Notes: generated by a model from the sequence alone, not told the origin. 63,197 nucleotides of DNA, filler included, from Bigelowiella natans CCMP2755 (GCA_000320545.1; 10 parts of 10 records of this genome joined end to end with filler, not necessarily neighbours in it); one strand, 5' to 3'; counted from the first letter of the whole stretch, positions 39,650 through 51,942 are shown. Numbers and translations are program-made.

Positions 39650-41447
39650 GGCATGCCGATGATGTCATTACGGTTGGTAGGTAAAGGGTCTTTTTATGGC
39701 GAAATTACATGCAAGGCATACTGATACGTTCACACACAATCTAACACTCACACACACACACACCCACACACCCACATGCATACACACACAACAAACACGC
39801 GCACCTTCAATTCCTCAGCAGCCGCAGTAGCAGATCTTGGGGTTCCCAATACCCCCCCACTATTTGCACTGGACCTTCGCTTCCGAAAGCCAGCGATTGC
39901 ATCCCGCGCCCGTTGCACAAAATCTCGCGGAGACCTGAGCCTATCCGAGGGGGGGGGGGCAGACCCCGAGGGGGGGGGGAGGCCGGCGCCACGGGCAATT
40001 TCGGAGCGAGAAAAGAGAGAGGCAGAGAGCGAAGTCTCGGTGCGGGAGCCGTTGAGAGAGGAGGGGGTGGGGATGATGGTAGAGCCGATCATAGCAGCTG
40101 CTGCTGCTCCTCCTCCTGATGGCATTATCGTTACGTGCAAGGAGGCACGAATCGCTTAGTGGGTTTTGGGCGCGCGCGTGTGTGTGTGAATGCGTGTGGC
40201 GGTGCTTGCGAGGAGCATATTCATCGGTCACATCCGAAGACACAACAGGGCGCATAAAAAATCTTGCAAGCCTACTCCCCCACACACAGCTCTTCTCCAA
40301 GAGACCCCATCCCCACCCGGCGGACCTGCGGCGTTGGAGGAGGAGGAGGAAGAGGAGGAGGGAAGGGTGCTTGTGCCCCCGCCATTGCGCAAGGAGCTTC
40401 TACTGTGGGTGATAGTCTTCGAGTGCCCTCCGCCCGAAAGCACAGACGAGATGGAGTTGCGACGGCGTGGGGTGGCGACGATCTGGCTGAGGATGTCCGG
40501 CCTCAAGCGATGGGGGAGTAGGAACGTGATTTTCACGGGCTCCTCGCTGCTCACGATCTTGCCTGCACAATAGCGTTCGGGAGAGTGAGTGGGGTCATCG
40601 AGCGGCAAGATTGATTCATACCGTGTTTTGGTCGAGCACGCACACGCATACACACACACACACACACACACACATTGAAAGAGAGGGAGGGAGGGAGAGA
40701 AAGAGAGAGAGAGAGAGGAGGAATGGCTGGGATGATTACAGAGCGTCTGTTGGATAAAGTCATCGCGGTTTGAGCCATAATGATGGTGCGGTATTAGCTC
40801 ATCATTAATGCTCTTGATGACCCAACCCGGGGAGACACCGAGCGCATACGCTTCCGAGCCTTTTGTATATACATCGGAAGGGCGGAGGGTGGGTGGTGGA
40901 GGGGGGGGGAGAAGGGAAGTGAAGTCATCCAATGAAGATGAAGATGAAGATGAGTAGTCGAAACGCTGCTCCGATGGCGGACACGCACGAGGAAGGAATG
41001 GCTGTCGGTGTTGCAGAGCTCAGAGATACTCACGAATAACCGAACAACACGAAAGAGGGGGGGGGGGGGGGGGATGCAGATTCCCATCTAAGAGAAGAAA
41101 CATGAAGTCGTATCATCTGCGTGGCTGCTTTCCTCTTCTCTCCCCTCCCTTCTCCTCCCCTCCCCGACAGCGAGAAACCGACGAACGCACGGCGGAGGAG
41201 GGAAGGGGCTGGCGACTTCCTACATCCACCCAAACGTCATGTCGCAATTCGTTCTCCTCCTTCATTTGCCTCCCCTTTCCCTTCTATGCTTGTGATGACG
41301 ATCACCTATAGAGACTTTGTCTACAACGCCTCCAGCTGTGACGATCGATAAACCGACGTCGTTTGCTTCAAAAACTAAAGTAATTTCCCCCGCACCTGGA
41401 ACCGAATTTATTTGCTGACTTAATGATTTAATTTGCTTACTCATCAT
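36771..41447 (-). CDS. Rab-GAP TBC-domain protein (TBC1D12/14-like) with an upstream PDZ-like domain; partial
   Basis: TBC exons: RAGIPPHLRAKTWSALIGNPVRVTPRLYD; LHDQLLELLCVYAKYRPDVG|YIQGMSFVAGHLLLYIE|DVYMAFVVLANLLNMPLF (Gln finger YxQG). PDZ-like exons upstream on the same strand: VFEANDVGLSIVTAGGVVDKV ... YTKGSEAYALGVSPGWVIKSIND ... EEPVKITF. Confidence 0.8.
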
Positions 41448-41545
41448 GACCAGGTATTGGGGGGGGGTTTTATGGAGGGGGTGTGTGTGTCTTCAAATGC
41501 CGTCTACGTGTGTAAGCAAGTAAGCACATAATTATGTAGAGAGAG

Positions 41546-41590
<45 letters not shown>

Positions 41591-41699
41591 AGGGGGAGTG
41601 GAACAGCGCGGAGGGAAAAACAGCCTCATCCTTTTCCCACCGGTATGATAACGCCCCACAACAAACACCCCACAGTACAAGCACCAAACCAACCAAGAG

Positions 41700-42172
41700 C
41701 AGCGATTCGTGCAGATTCTTTCGAGGCAGGTGTGCGACTCGCCCCTTCGTCCCGACACTCGAATACCACCCCAATCTGCATTGTTTTATCCTTTGTAATG
41801 TGGTAGTAGACGCTGCGGTCGGAGCCCTTAAATCCGCGAATAACAGGCTTCCCGCACACCTTTTATGTGGGGGGAGAGCAACGTAGGGGAGGGGGAGGAG
41901 AGGAGAGATTTGTGTTAGGTTTTATGCGGCTGTAGATGAGCGCATGCAACCTCACCCCCCTCTCTCCTCTCCTCCCCCTCCCCTACGTTGCTCTCCCCCC
42001 ACATAAAAGGTGTGCGGGAAGCCTGTTATTCGCGGATTTAAGGGCTCCGACCGCAGCGTCTACTACCACATTACAAAGGATAAAACAATGCAGATTGGGG
42101 TGGTATTCGAGTGTCGGGACGAAGGGGCGAGTCGCTCACCTGCCTCGAAAGATTCTGTACGCATCCGCTGGC
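41700..42172. repeat. About 200-bp near-perfect inverted repeat at a contig end
   Basis: Arms at about 41700-41908 and 41961-42172 are reverse complements. Both encode VCGKPVIRGFKGSDRSVYYHITKDKTMQIGVVFECRDEGASR. The spacer is about 50 bp. Confidence 0.9.
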
Positions 42173-42272
42173 NNNNNNNNNNNNNNNNNNNNNNNNNNNN
42201 NNNNNNNNNNNNNNNNTTAATTAATTAANNNNNNNNNNNNNNNNNNNNNNNNNNNNNNNNNNNNNNNNNNNN
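42173..42272. other. Artificial contig linker
   Basis: Same 100-bp spacer. Confidence 0.97.
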
Positions 42273-42819
42273 CTGTAGGCGTATGTGATGGGCTGGTGGT
42301 AGGGGAAGAGGTAGGGCTGGTGGTAGGGGAAGAAGTTGGGCTTTTGGAAGGGGAAGAAGTGGGTCCAACAGATGGGGACCCCGATGGGGTCAGCGAAGGA
42401 GAGTGCGAAGGGGAGTTTGAGGGTGAACTCGAAGGGCATTTCGAAGGCGTCGATGTCGCTGGAGAACTACTACTTGGAGAGAAGCTAGGAGACATTGTCG
42501 GAGACAGGCTAGGTACTTCTGTCGGGCTCGACGTCGGAGACACCGTTACTGGAGACGAGCTAGGTGCTTGTGGCGTAACTGGACCCGTAGAAGGTGAGGC
42601 TGTAGCAGGGGCCACTCTCGTGAAGCAGTCTATAAATATATTTTCCCGTTATGCATTACAATAATATCATATATGATTTATGAGCAACCCATCTGTAAAT
42701 TTATGTCGTAGACACATTACGATGGGGTGGTGGAAGGTGTGATAATGTCGTTAACGACAACTACCAAGAGCGCACAGCCAAAGGAAAAGAGCTCCAGTGA
42801 TCGGAAGGCCAGACACCAT
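42273..42819 (-). CDS. Secreted or surface Ser/Pro/Thr tetrapeptide-repeat protein, N-terminal part
   Basis: ATG at 42819 gives MVSGLPITGALFLWLCAL (signal-like). A phase-1 GT-AG intron follows, then DCFTRVAPATASPSTGPVT...(SPTS/SPTT/SPSH)n to the contig end. Confidence 0.72.
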
Positions 42820-43529
42820 CCTGATAAATTAACAAGAATAAAACAAACATAGTGAAAAGCTTTTTGCATCTCATTGGTGGCAAATTTCAACATCAAAGGA
42901 CCCAGACGAGGAGGGTCGCAAATTAATTACCCAGATCCCGAAATTACAATTTATAATTGTGCATGTTCCATCGACACTTGTCGATTTTATCGATATAGTA
43001 ATTCGTTTACTAACCTGTATTAATTCTGAATTTAGGAGCTACGGATTATCGGGGGGCAGCAAGGAGGGCCCAAGCCCTTTGAGTGTGAACCCTTACAGGA
43101 ATGCTTTGCAGGGATGATCCTCCCCCATGAGTCAACACTTCTTCGTGAACAGATTTCTCACATCAAAAATGTCCCCGACAAACACATAGCGACACACCAC
43201 GGAACGGTTCATTTGGTGAAATGGCGACCGCATCTGCAAGTTAGTTAGTTAGTTAATCTTTTCGCGCCCTTGACTTCCCAGCTATGTTGTTACACCGAAG
43301 TGATTTTCATAGTGGATGTTGTCTCATAACGGACATTGCGAAAGTCAAAATTTGCATGGCAAAACATGGCAAAATTTGTGACTTATGGGACTAATAAACT
43401 TTTTTCTTTTGATTTTTAGGTTTGAGGCTTTTTTTTTTTTTTTTTTTTTTAGGTTTGGGGCCTTTATTCTGGTAAGTTTAATGATGGGAATGTAAGGTGT
43501 GCAATTTAAAAGGAAAATTGTTGTTTAAA

Positions 43530-44505
43530 GTGTCTTGCCACACTTTGGAAATGTAGTTTTTCATCATTGTTTCATGTTGTTTTTTCGCTGCAAGTGTCTT
43601 GCAACACTTTGGAAATGTAGTTTTTCATCATTGTTTCATTGTTTCATTGTTTCTGATTTTGCGACGAAACTCCATTGCCTCATCCATCATTGCACTCACT
43701 TGAATGCAGAGAGAAACAAACTTCTCTCGCGCATGAGATTAGCTCTGGGCCCAGATTCTTCCTTCTGCTCTTCATTCTTTGACGCTCCGGACTCTGCCAA
43801 AACCAAAGTTTTGCTGGGGCCCCCCTCGGATGATCCAAACGTAGATCGTCGTGTGGACATGGCCTTCAGGAAGTTTTTGCTCAGAGTGGAGGTCTTGCGC
43901 CGTCAGTGTTTTGCCGCTAGTGTCATTGCAACACAATGACTAAATCATGCCAATTTGAAAAACCAGCTAGTCAATTTGCTAGTCACAGTCCTCACTGAAG
44001 CCAGTTCGAGGCACTGCATTTCGAACACTGCAAATGTCTTGCAACATTTTGGAAACGTGGTTCGTCATCATTGTTCATTGTTCATTGTTCAATGAATGAG
44101 ATCTGCAATGAATGCAATTGCAGAAAAAGTTGCATGGAAATCCAGATTGTTCGGTGAAAACTCGAGACAAAATCAAAGCCCTCGTGCACTGCAAAGGTGT
44201 GTTGTGAAACTCAAGTTCCGTGCTGGCTAGCTGGGACTTGCGAAACTGAAGAACTCAGGGCTGAAATCCACAATTTGCCCCCCTCATCCTCGATCCACCC
44301 TCTTTGCGATGCCGGTGTTGTTCAAAGTGTCAACCACCTCATCCATCATTGTGCTCACTTGAATGCTGTGAGAATTCAATTGTTCTCCATGCAGCACCAG
44401 AGCAGCTCTCAGCCCTGCACCTCCTGCTTGCTCTTCACTTTTGATGCCCCTGCTGACTCTGTCAAGACCAGAGTCTTGCTCGGCGCCCCCTCTGGCCCTC
44501 GCTAG
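43530..44505 (+). mobile_element. Stacked 3'-end relics of a non-LTR (LINE-like) retrotransposon, TpA-erased
   Basis: Two related peptides (HCLIHHCTHLNAERNKLLS...DAPDSAKTKVLLGPPS and PLCDAGVVQSVNHLIHHCAHLNAVRIQLFS...DAPADSVKTRVLLGAPS) resemble the C-terminal C..C...H...C....R zinc knuckle of LINE ORF2. Three copies of a tail TGTCTTGC.ACA.TTTGGAAA.GT...TCATCATTGTT occur at about 43531, 43595 and 44035. Confidence 0.6.
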
Positions 44506-45214
44506 ATGGCTAGATGGCATGCATGCCATCATGGTGATTTGTTCTGTGCGGATCCGTCAAACAATCACTTGTCACGCGTTGCATGCATCTTGGAGCCTTG
44601 ATGTCCTCAAGCGTGTGCGCGCGTGTGCGCGCGTGTTCACATGTTTCACGTGTGCACCGCAATGTCACTCGTGTGCACATTGTGCATCCAACAGGTGCTT
44701 GCATGTGTCCACTTTTCGTGTCCCCAGGTGCACCAAACAAACAAAATGGGACACCTCCGCTCAGCCTTTTCCACACCGTCAACGTGTGGCATTCGCATGT
44801 GGCAAGCTAGCAAGCTAGATGCAACGCTTGTTGGAAAACCAGAAGCATTGTGAACATTGTGATGTTCACATGGATGCATGACAGTGTCCATGCACATGCA
44901 TGCGCACTGTTGCTAGGTTGCGTGCACCACCTAGCCACACATGATTCCTGGCACAGGGAAATGGTTGATGTGCATGCGTGCGCACTTTGTTGTTGCAACG
45001 TGCACACGCCCAGAGCCTTGCTGATGGCCATGAGGTGTTCATCGGAGAACTCTTTCACCATTTCTGCACGACGGTCGATCCTTTTGTGCAATTTTCTGAC
45101 GCTGCGCATTGAAAGATCGCGATCATGAAGCATGGCAATGAAACACTCGAGCACATGTGCACGTGGCTTCACATCTAGACGTGTGCCAGGCTAGCAGGGA
45201 TGCACGCAATGCAC
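43943..45214. other. TpA-depleted domain 2
   Basis: In 1272 bp I count 11 TA dinucleotides, all within CTAG. Confidence 0.9.
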
Positions 45215-45449
45215 TACTGGTAACAACGTGCAAGCGCTAACAAGCTGCTATCATTCTCTACAATCATTCAGAATGGAACCAAACACCACTTTTCCATTTG
45301 ACGATCAGTCCACATTGCTGAGTTTGCATGCATTTGCCATCGAGATGGCTGTGTGGTGAAGAATGTCCCAATGGTAATAATTTATTCTTCTAAAATTGCT
45401 GTGTCATGTTTTTCAACATGTTCTGCGATGCCTACAGAGATATTCTCGT

Positions 45450-48400
45450 CACTGTATTGAGACTCTTTCGGAAAGATGTAGCACTTAAACTCTCTTCATC
45501 TGCATGCTCCCTGTCTTTAGTTTCTGCAGAACTCTTATCAGAGGAAGCACCGCATGCTGCTTCATTAGGAGGTGCAACCTTCATTTCGTTGCCTTCCAAG
45601 AGGGTACTACCAAGAGAAGCTAAGTTTGAATCTACTGCTGGCGTTTGCTTGCTTATTCCTTCTTGCGATTTTGTTTCACCATTATCAAGATCCCGGCGTC
45701 CTTCTGGAGCATCAGAGCCCTATATTACCATCAAATCGCGCGGTTATGAACAAATAGTAATTCCACCCCCCCCCAAACCCGTATTATAGGAATGAATTAA
45801 AGAACGCGCGAGATTCCATCATATACGACCAAAAACGTTCTCGTTAAAAGAAAACTTGACATTGCTAGCACCGCTCTTCATTGTGGACCTCCCACTTCTC
45901 CTGTCTAAGTTTCCCTCTTTTGTTTCTAATAGTACCTCCTGTCCAATCGATGATGTGGATTTCTTTAGACGTGAAAATGACGCAGTGAAGAATCCAAAAC
46001 CACTGTTGCTAACAGAGCCGTCTTCTCCGGATTTCTTATCATCCATTTCTACACACGTATATAATAATGCGTGGCGCATTTTTCAGCATTATTACAGTAT
46101 AACAGGTGCGCTCTAAAATGAAGTTGTCCAAGACGAAGCAAAGGGAGCTGCTACCTACTTTAATTACCATGTCTACTTCACCTAACTACTCCTTCTAATA
46201 AACTAATGCACTGAAAAGCGCACACGAGCACACACATCCCTCTACCTGGCACCGTGTTATCGCCGGAAGATTCCACTTTCGGAAGCTCAGATATCTCTCC
46301 AGACGGTGATTTGGTAGGCTTTTCGTTCACGATAGTTACGGCTGGCAAATCTTGACTAAATTATATGTAAATATGTTATGATGTCTAGTTGCGAAACTGC
46401 ACGGCAAGTTCATTTATGGTGATGTGTCACAGATTGCACTCGTATTCTAAGAGAGGCCTCACCCGCAGGCCAGCAATGACATTATTAATGTTTGTGCATC
46501 AGCAAATCTGTCTACATATTTTGAATATTCTTGTAAATCTTTTGCTAACGATTCTAGATTTCGAACTCCTCCTTCCTAATCTTACATTATGAGTAGTACC
46601 TCGTTGCAGAGGATAATATGTTTTTGGGCATATTCAGCTGGTGCTGGGGGTTGTCGCCGTCAACACGGCGTGGTGTCTCCGCTTCTTTCTTAGTATCCTG
46701 ATCTCTAGAACTATCTGAACCATTGTTGTTGCGTGCATGTCGTCTTGACCTTGGATTTCTCGGAGACACTCCATCTGCTTCTCCTCCGTCGTGCTGCCTA
46801 TTTTCTCTAGACCTCGATCGAGATCGAGATCTGTCTCTGACAATCACATTTGGGGCAGGTTTCCAGCGCCCACCTTCTGCAACCGTTGACTGCAACCTGT
46901 CAGCGTATTCAATGGGAACCCGTAGTGGCAACGACAGAACGCTCAACATCAGCCATCGGAGCTTCTGCCTCGAGCCTTCCTCGTTCTTGTGGAAACGATT
47001 CAGCGCCAAGAACTTGCGATAGTCAGGCTTTGTAATGTTGAGGTTGAAGAAACGGTGCATCACGAAGGACCATTCGCTCATGTAGCGTGCCTCCCAGAAT
47101 CGCGAGTGTTTCTTGTGGCGCAGTACAGTCCGGCGAAGCGTGTGGAGAAGTATAACATCGAAGCCTAGTGTTTCGTCCTTCTTTTTCTCTTCTTTGCCCT
47201 TCTTGAGGTTGATCTTTTTCTTCACTTCCTCACGTTTCTTAGCTTCGTGCGACATAGAACCCTTGCTCATACTCATACTATGAGCAGTGAATTTTGAGTT
47301 GGATTTGGTATCAGCACCTTCTTGGCCAGCAGCAGCTCCCTTCGATTTATCTGCCTCAGGTTCCACGATTTCATGAAGCACGCCCAAGTCCATTTTGCCC
47401 AAGTCCATCTCAGTTGATCGCTTGCGATCATGGTGCTTGACTATGGCGGCCTTGAGGTCTATGCTGAATACGTAGGCATTTCCTTGATCGTCAGTCACAA
47501 TGAGGCTTTTGGAAGGGTTTGGACGGGGGATGTGCATCTTTGTTATATTAATAGGACGCTTTCGATTGTCCAGTTCTTGCGCAATCTCGCCGTGTTCTGT
47601 CAGCAATGGTGCCTTTGAGAGCTTGAACCATTCAACAGTCTCAAAGGTTCGTCCCTATTGCATTCAGAACATAGGAAAATGTTACACACGTAGGAAAAGA
47701 AGTGATGGAGGAAGGCGGAAAGGAAGAGGAGGAGGAAGAGGAGAAGGAAGGGGAGGAGGAGGAAATTTCTCTCGACGTGCACGACGACCTTCTATCACAA
47801 GTTAACAACTTGCGTAATGGTAGAACACATACACAACATTATCTCATCATCATCATCATTTTTCTACACCTGATAATCTTTAGAGTCCGCAAGGCGATGT
47901 CCTTCGAAGTGATTGGACTTACCTCCTTCTTTCATGATGACTGGCTTCACGGTATACGTATCATGTATTTTAAGCGTACCGACGTCCGCAGCATCTTTAT
48001 CGTCAACTGGCTTTGATGCCTTTTGGACCTTTTTGATCTGAACAAGTAAGCCATGCCCCTTGCCCGGTCCATCGGGTGCAATCATCACCGCCCGATCGCC
48101 GACGAAGAAAGTGTTTTGTAGGTAGTGTCGTATTGAACGAACGCTAATTGTCTGTAGAATCTTCATTCCATCTCGCAGAGAAATGACGGCTATGGTCCCC
48201 ATAGTAAGCACGAAGCAGATGCTTTGGTGCTGTTCCTTGTAAGGAAGAAATTGGAGAATCTTCCGGCCAAGCTGCAGCTGCTTCGACCCTTGTCTGTTAG
48301 GGGCTATTCGAGACTCAGCTCCCATAGAGTATATCTGTGGTCGGATCGACCCATCGTCAGTCCCTGCTAATATAACGAGATCCTTCTCCTTCGTAGCATT

Positions 48401-48845
48401 AACATCATCGAACATGTGCGTGACGGTGGTAATCACAGACACAAAATCATCGAAAGTCTCCCGATGAACTGCCCGACGTAGCACACCCATCGGAGACCCG
48501 TTCTCGTCCAGTTCGAGGCGCATTGGCGAGATATCAAAGGTGTGAAGCTTGCTCTTGCCGTCACTCTCTGTGTACACTGCTAAGATTGTGGGCCAACGGC
48601 GGCGCTCAATGAGATGTAGGCCGGAGATCTTGGAATCGAACGGCTTCATGTAGAAGGGATCAAATATTAAAGGTACCGAGTTCCTTTCTTCACCCCAAAC
48701 AACTTCAAAAAGACATACCTGGCCGTCCTCGCCTGCTGTAACGACTAATGAGCCTTTCCACTTGGATTTAGGGCGAGGATTAGAGATATGCATGTGGGTT
48801 ACACTTCCCTCGTGCACTGGATAGTCGACCTCAATGTCGTCTAGT
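45450..48845 (-). CDS. WD40-repeat protein, C-terminal part (5' truncated by contig end; last exons tentative)
   Basis: Long ORFs at 47864-48817 (VHEGSVTHMHIS...LVVTAGEDGQVCLFEV; VILAGTDDGSIR) and 46587-47606, separated by an intron. Low-complexity exons continue to about 45450. Confidence 0.65.
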
Positions 48846-48945
48846 NNNNNNNNNNNNNNNNNNNNNNNNNNNNNNNNNNNNNNNNNNNNTTAATTAATTA
48901 ANNNNNNNNNNNNNNNNNNNNNNNNNNNNNNNNNNNNNNNNNNNN
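48846..48945. other. Artificial contig linker
   Basis: Same 100-bp spacer. Confidence 0.97.
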
Positions 48946-48967
48946 GAAAATCTCAAGAGGGTAGATT

Positions 48968-49386
48968 CTAAGATCCATTCTTGGTGGCAGCACTTACATC
49001 TCTTTGTGCTGTTATGCTGTGATCCATTGCCGCTAACAATGAAACCTGTCGCTGCTGTTTCCTTCCCAGGGGCGATATGAGCTCTGCAATTGGACTCCTG
49101 AAAGCATCAGGATCTGGGGTTGTCGTTTCCCAACTCGCCACACACATATAACAGCGATGCATGAGCGCATATATGACGAGTCCTGCACAATGGGAAAACA
49201 CCACGTCCGAAGTGTTGGGTTTCTCTTGATGATGACTCTGTGACGATGATGATGATGAGGACGATGATGCGCCCTTCGTATCGCATTTAAGATACTGTAA
49301 TCGTGACATGTAGTTAAATGACATGGCGGCTTGCATATTGTCTAACTTCTTAATTCGGTGTTCTGTCGCTTCGATGGACTCTATAT

Positions 49387-49426
<40 letters not shown>

Positions 49427-50356
49427 CCCCTCTTTCTTTTTCTCTGCAACGTAATAACGCCAGGTGGAAGGGTATAATAGCGTAATCCGAGCGTGCATCC
49501 CGGAGTCGAAGAAGCAGAGAGCGATAAGGTGCCGTTGATTTGCGAAGCAGCTGCCCGAATCTAACCTGCATGCTCTACCTACCCCGCTGGTGATGGATTT
49601 TATCCTTTGATTGCAAGACCGAGCGGCAATATCGTAATAAATCGTGTCCTTGCCTCTCACCTCGCTCACACAATGCACGCCGTCGTCACCATTAGGGCGT
49701 ACTACCAACTCAATCAGGACGGATTCGAACGCATCTTAAACTACCAAAACATCGTATGAACGATTCTTCCCAGCTTGAAAGATAGTATTAGCAACATGTT
49801 GGGACAATCCTCCCTCACAAGAAAAGATCCTCCCTCACAAGAAAAGAAAGAGAGGGGGAGGGGGTTGAGGGGAGAGAAGGGCCGATGGCCATTTCCTGAT
49901 GGCGTAAATTTCCACGTCGTGTGGTCAGAAGAACCGCTTTTAAATGCTGCAATGGAGATCTTTTGCTTTACCCCTTGCATACTCTCCCGCCCCCTCCCTT
50001 TTCTCCTCCGACTGATGGGTTGTGATATTGATTATTGCGGTTATTTTTTTTAAAAACACAACATAGTGGAAGAGGGGCGAGTTGCTTTCGTCGCCGTCGG
50101 ATGTGATCTTAGAATCGGTGGTGCTAAAATAATAGCTTTGGGTCTATACAATATCTTGCTGCTACATTTAGTAATAGTTACATCGACAACTGAGAGGCTA
50201 ACCCCTCCCTACACTCTCAAATGCGCCATTAGTTAGTTTTCATATACCTTTGTCAAACCAACCCCCCTTTCCCCTCGGTTCAGCAGTAGGAACGAATAAG
50301 AATATGTGAAGAGTGGGGAGCGCGCGCGGGGGGGGGGGGGGGCGACGGCAAATACG

Positions 50357-50407
<51 letters not shown>

Positions 50408-50510
50408 AGGACGCTACACTCCGAGACCTCATTGCCTGGGGTATGTATGCGATGCGTGCACCTACTAAATACTGGCCCGTACACATTCCATGCTACAGCC
50501 CTACTTTGGA
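48968..50510 (-). CDS. Multi-exon hypothetical protein
   Basis: Exon-like blocks: AVAWNVYGPVFSRCTHRIHTPGNEVSE, QGVKQKISIAAFKSGSSDHTTWKFTPSG, VVRPNGDDGVHCVSEVRGKDTIYYDIAAR, HLIALCFFDSGMHARITLLYPSTWR, ending ...SAATKNGS*. Confidence 0.45.
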
Positions 50511-50707
50511 AGGACACATGCACAGAGAGAGAGAGAGAAGAGATCAGGAAAGATTGCTCCCTTGAGGTGGGTATGTGGAGGGTGGGGGGGGGGGAAAAAA
50601 CCCCCCCCCCCGCCCCCAAGATTATACGGGAATATAGATTTGGATACAGAGTGGTCGTAGCTAGCTTTCGCTACCCATGTTCCGTCTCAACAAAGTGGAG
50701 TCGCATG

Positions 50708-50807
50708 NNNNNNNNNNNNNNNNNNNNNNNNNNNNNNNNNNNNNNNNNNNNTTAATTAATTAANNNNNNNNNNNNNNNNNNNNNNNNNNNNNNNNNNNNN
50801 NNNNNNN
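50708..50807. other. Artificial contig linker
   Basis: Same 100-bp spacer. Confidence 0.97.
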
Positions 50808-51144
50808 CTCCTCGTATGTAACATACTGATGCCGTTTGCATGTGTAATATGTGCTACACCGCGTCGTAGCAAAAGATCCGAGCGCAGCTAGCTTTTCCTC
50901 GTGTAGTTCCACATAACAATGGACATATACGGATGTATGACACATATTGATACATATTGTATATGTAAATTATATACTGTGTCTATAGTCACATCGTCAT
51001 ATCTAGATTGTCGTGACAACTCAACTGCGCACGCTAGCTAGCTAGTACTGTGGCTATGGATGCACGCTATTTTCACGCATCGCAGTGTGTTCAGCGCGGT
51101 TTAAGCTGTCAATATGCACAGCTACATCAGGGTCACAATTGAAC

Positions 51145-51185
<41 letters not shown>

Positions 51186-51863
51186 ACTTAATCAATTCAT
51201 TACATCCGTCTCATAATCTAGAAATGTGTGGCACATATCTAGCTATATGCTATTGGCTAATGTCTTGCTATTTGCAGTGCGTACACCGTCGCAATCAATG
51301 GGATACTATGATAGTACGGTCGCTCACAAGAGAGATGAGTGTAACATGAACAGTCAGTACTATCACTCTCTTTCGCCCTCATCGCACATGCAATTTCACT
51401 TGTCTAGTCGTTGGAACTCTCCCATCTGTCGTGCATTCGATTGACTTCAAGCAGCAGCAGTCCTGATTCGCGACCGTGCCACATGCATACATGTAGCGCC
51501 GGCGCATCATTTCCCATTGCCATTTCCGGAAATCAGTCGCAGCTTGGCCGCGGCTGTGGACACCGAGCCGGCGTATCTGTAGTGTGGCGACACTATCCGC
51601 CTACGTGTGATGAGTATTTCTTCTGGGGTGTACGTGCCGTGCCTTGGAGTCCTCCTGACCGAGGGGGGTTTAGATCAAAAAGGGTAGCGGTAAGGAAGGA
51701 AGGAAGGAAGAGACTATGACGAATTAAATAGAATAGGCGACACGTGCTGGATCGTGAATCACCATGCGTGAAGGCATACGATGTCCTCATATTTGCATTT
51801 GCCTTGTCAGCCGAAAATTGAGGTATGTAAGTCACCCCCTCTCCTCTCTCTCCCCCCCCCTTA

Positions 51864-51908
<45 letters not shown>

Positions 51909-51942
51909 TCGCTCTCCCTGGAATGCATATAAGGTAGGAAGA

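Noticed and set aside
43050-43127. GC-clamped multi-hairpin (GGGGGG...AGGGC-CCAA-GCCCT...CCTCCCCC) as a ribozyme or tRNA-derived SINE
   Set aside because: No hammerhead core (CUGANGA/GAAA) and no convincing A/B boxes on either strand.
43943-45214. CpG-methylation decay or fungal RIP as the cause of the TG/CA richness
   Set aside because: CpG is plentiful, and TpA is lost rather than gained.
49715-49740. GTTCGAATCC (tRNA T-loop-like) on the minus strand
   Set aside because: No cloverleaf, and it lies within a probable coding exon.
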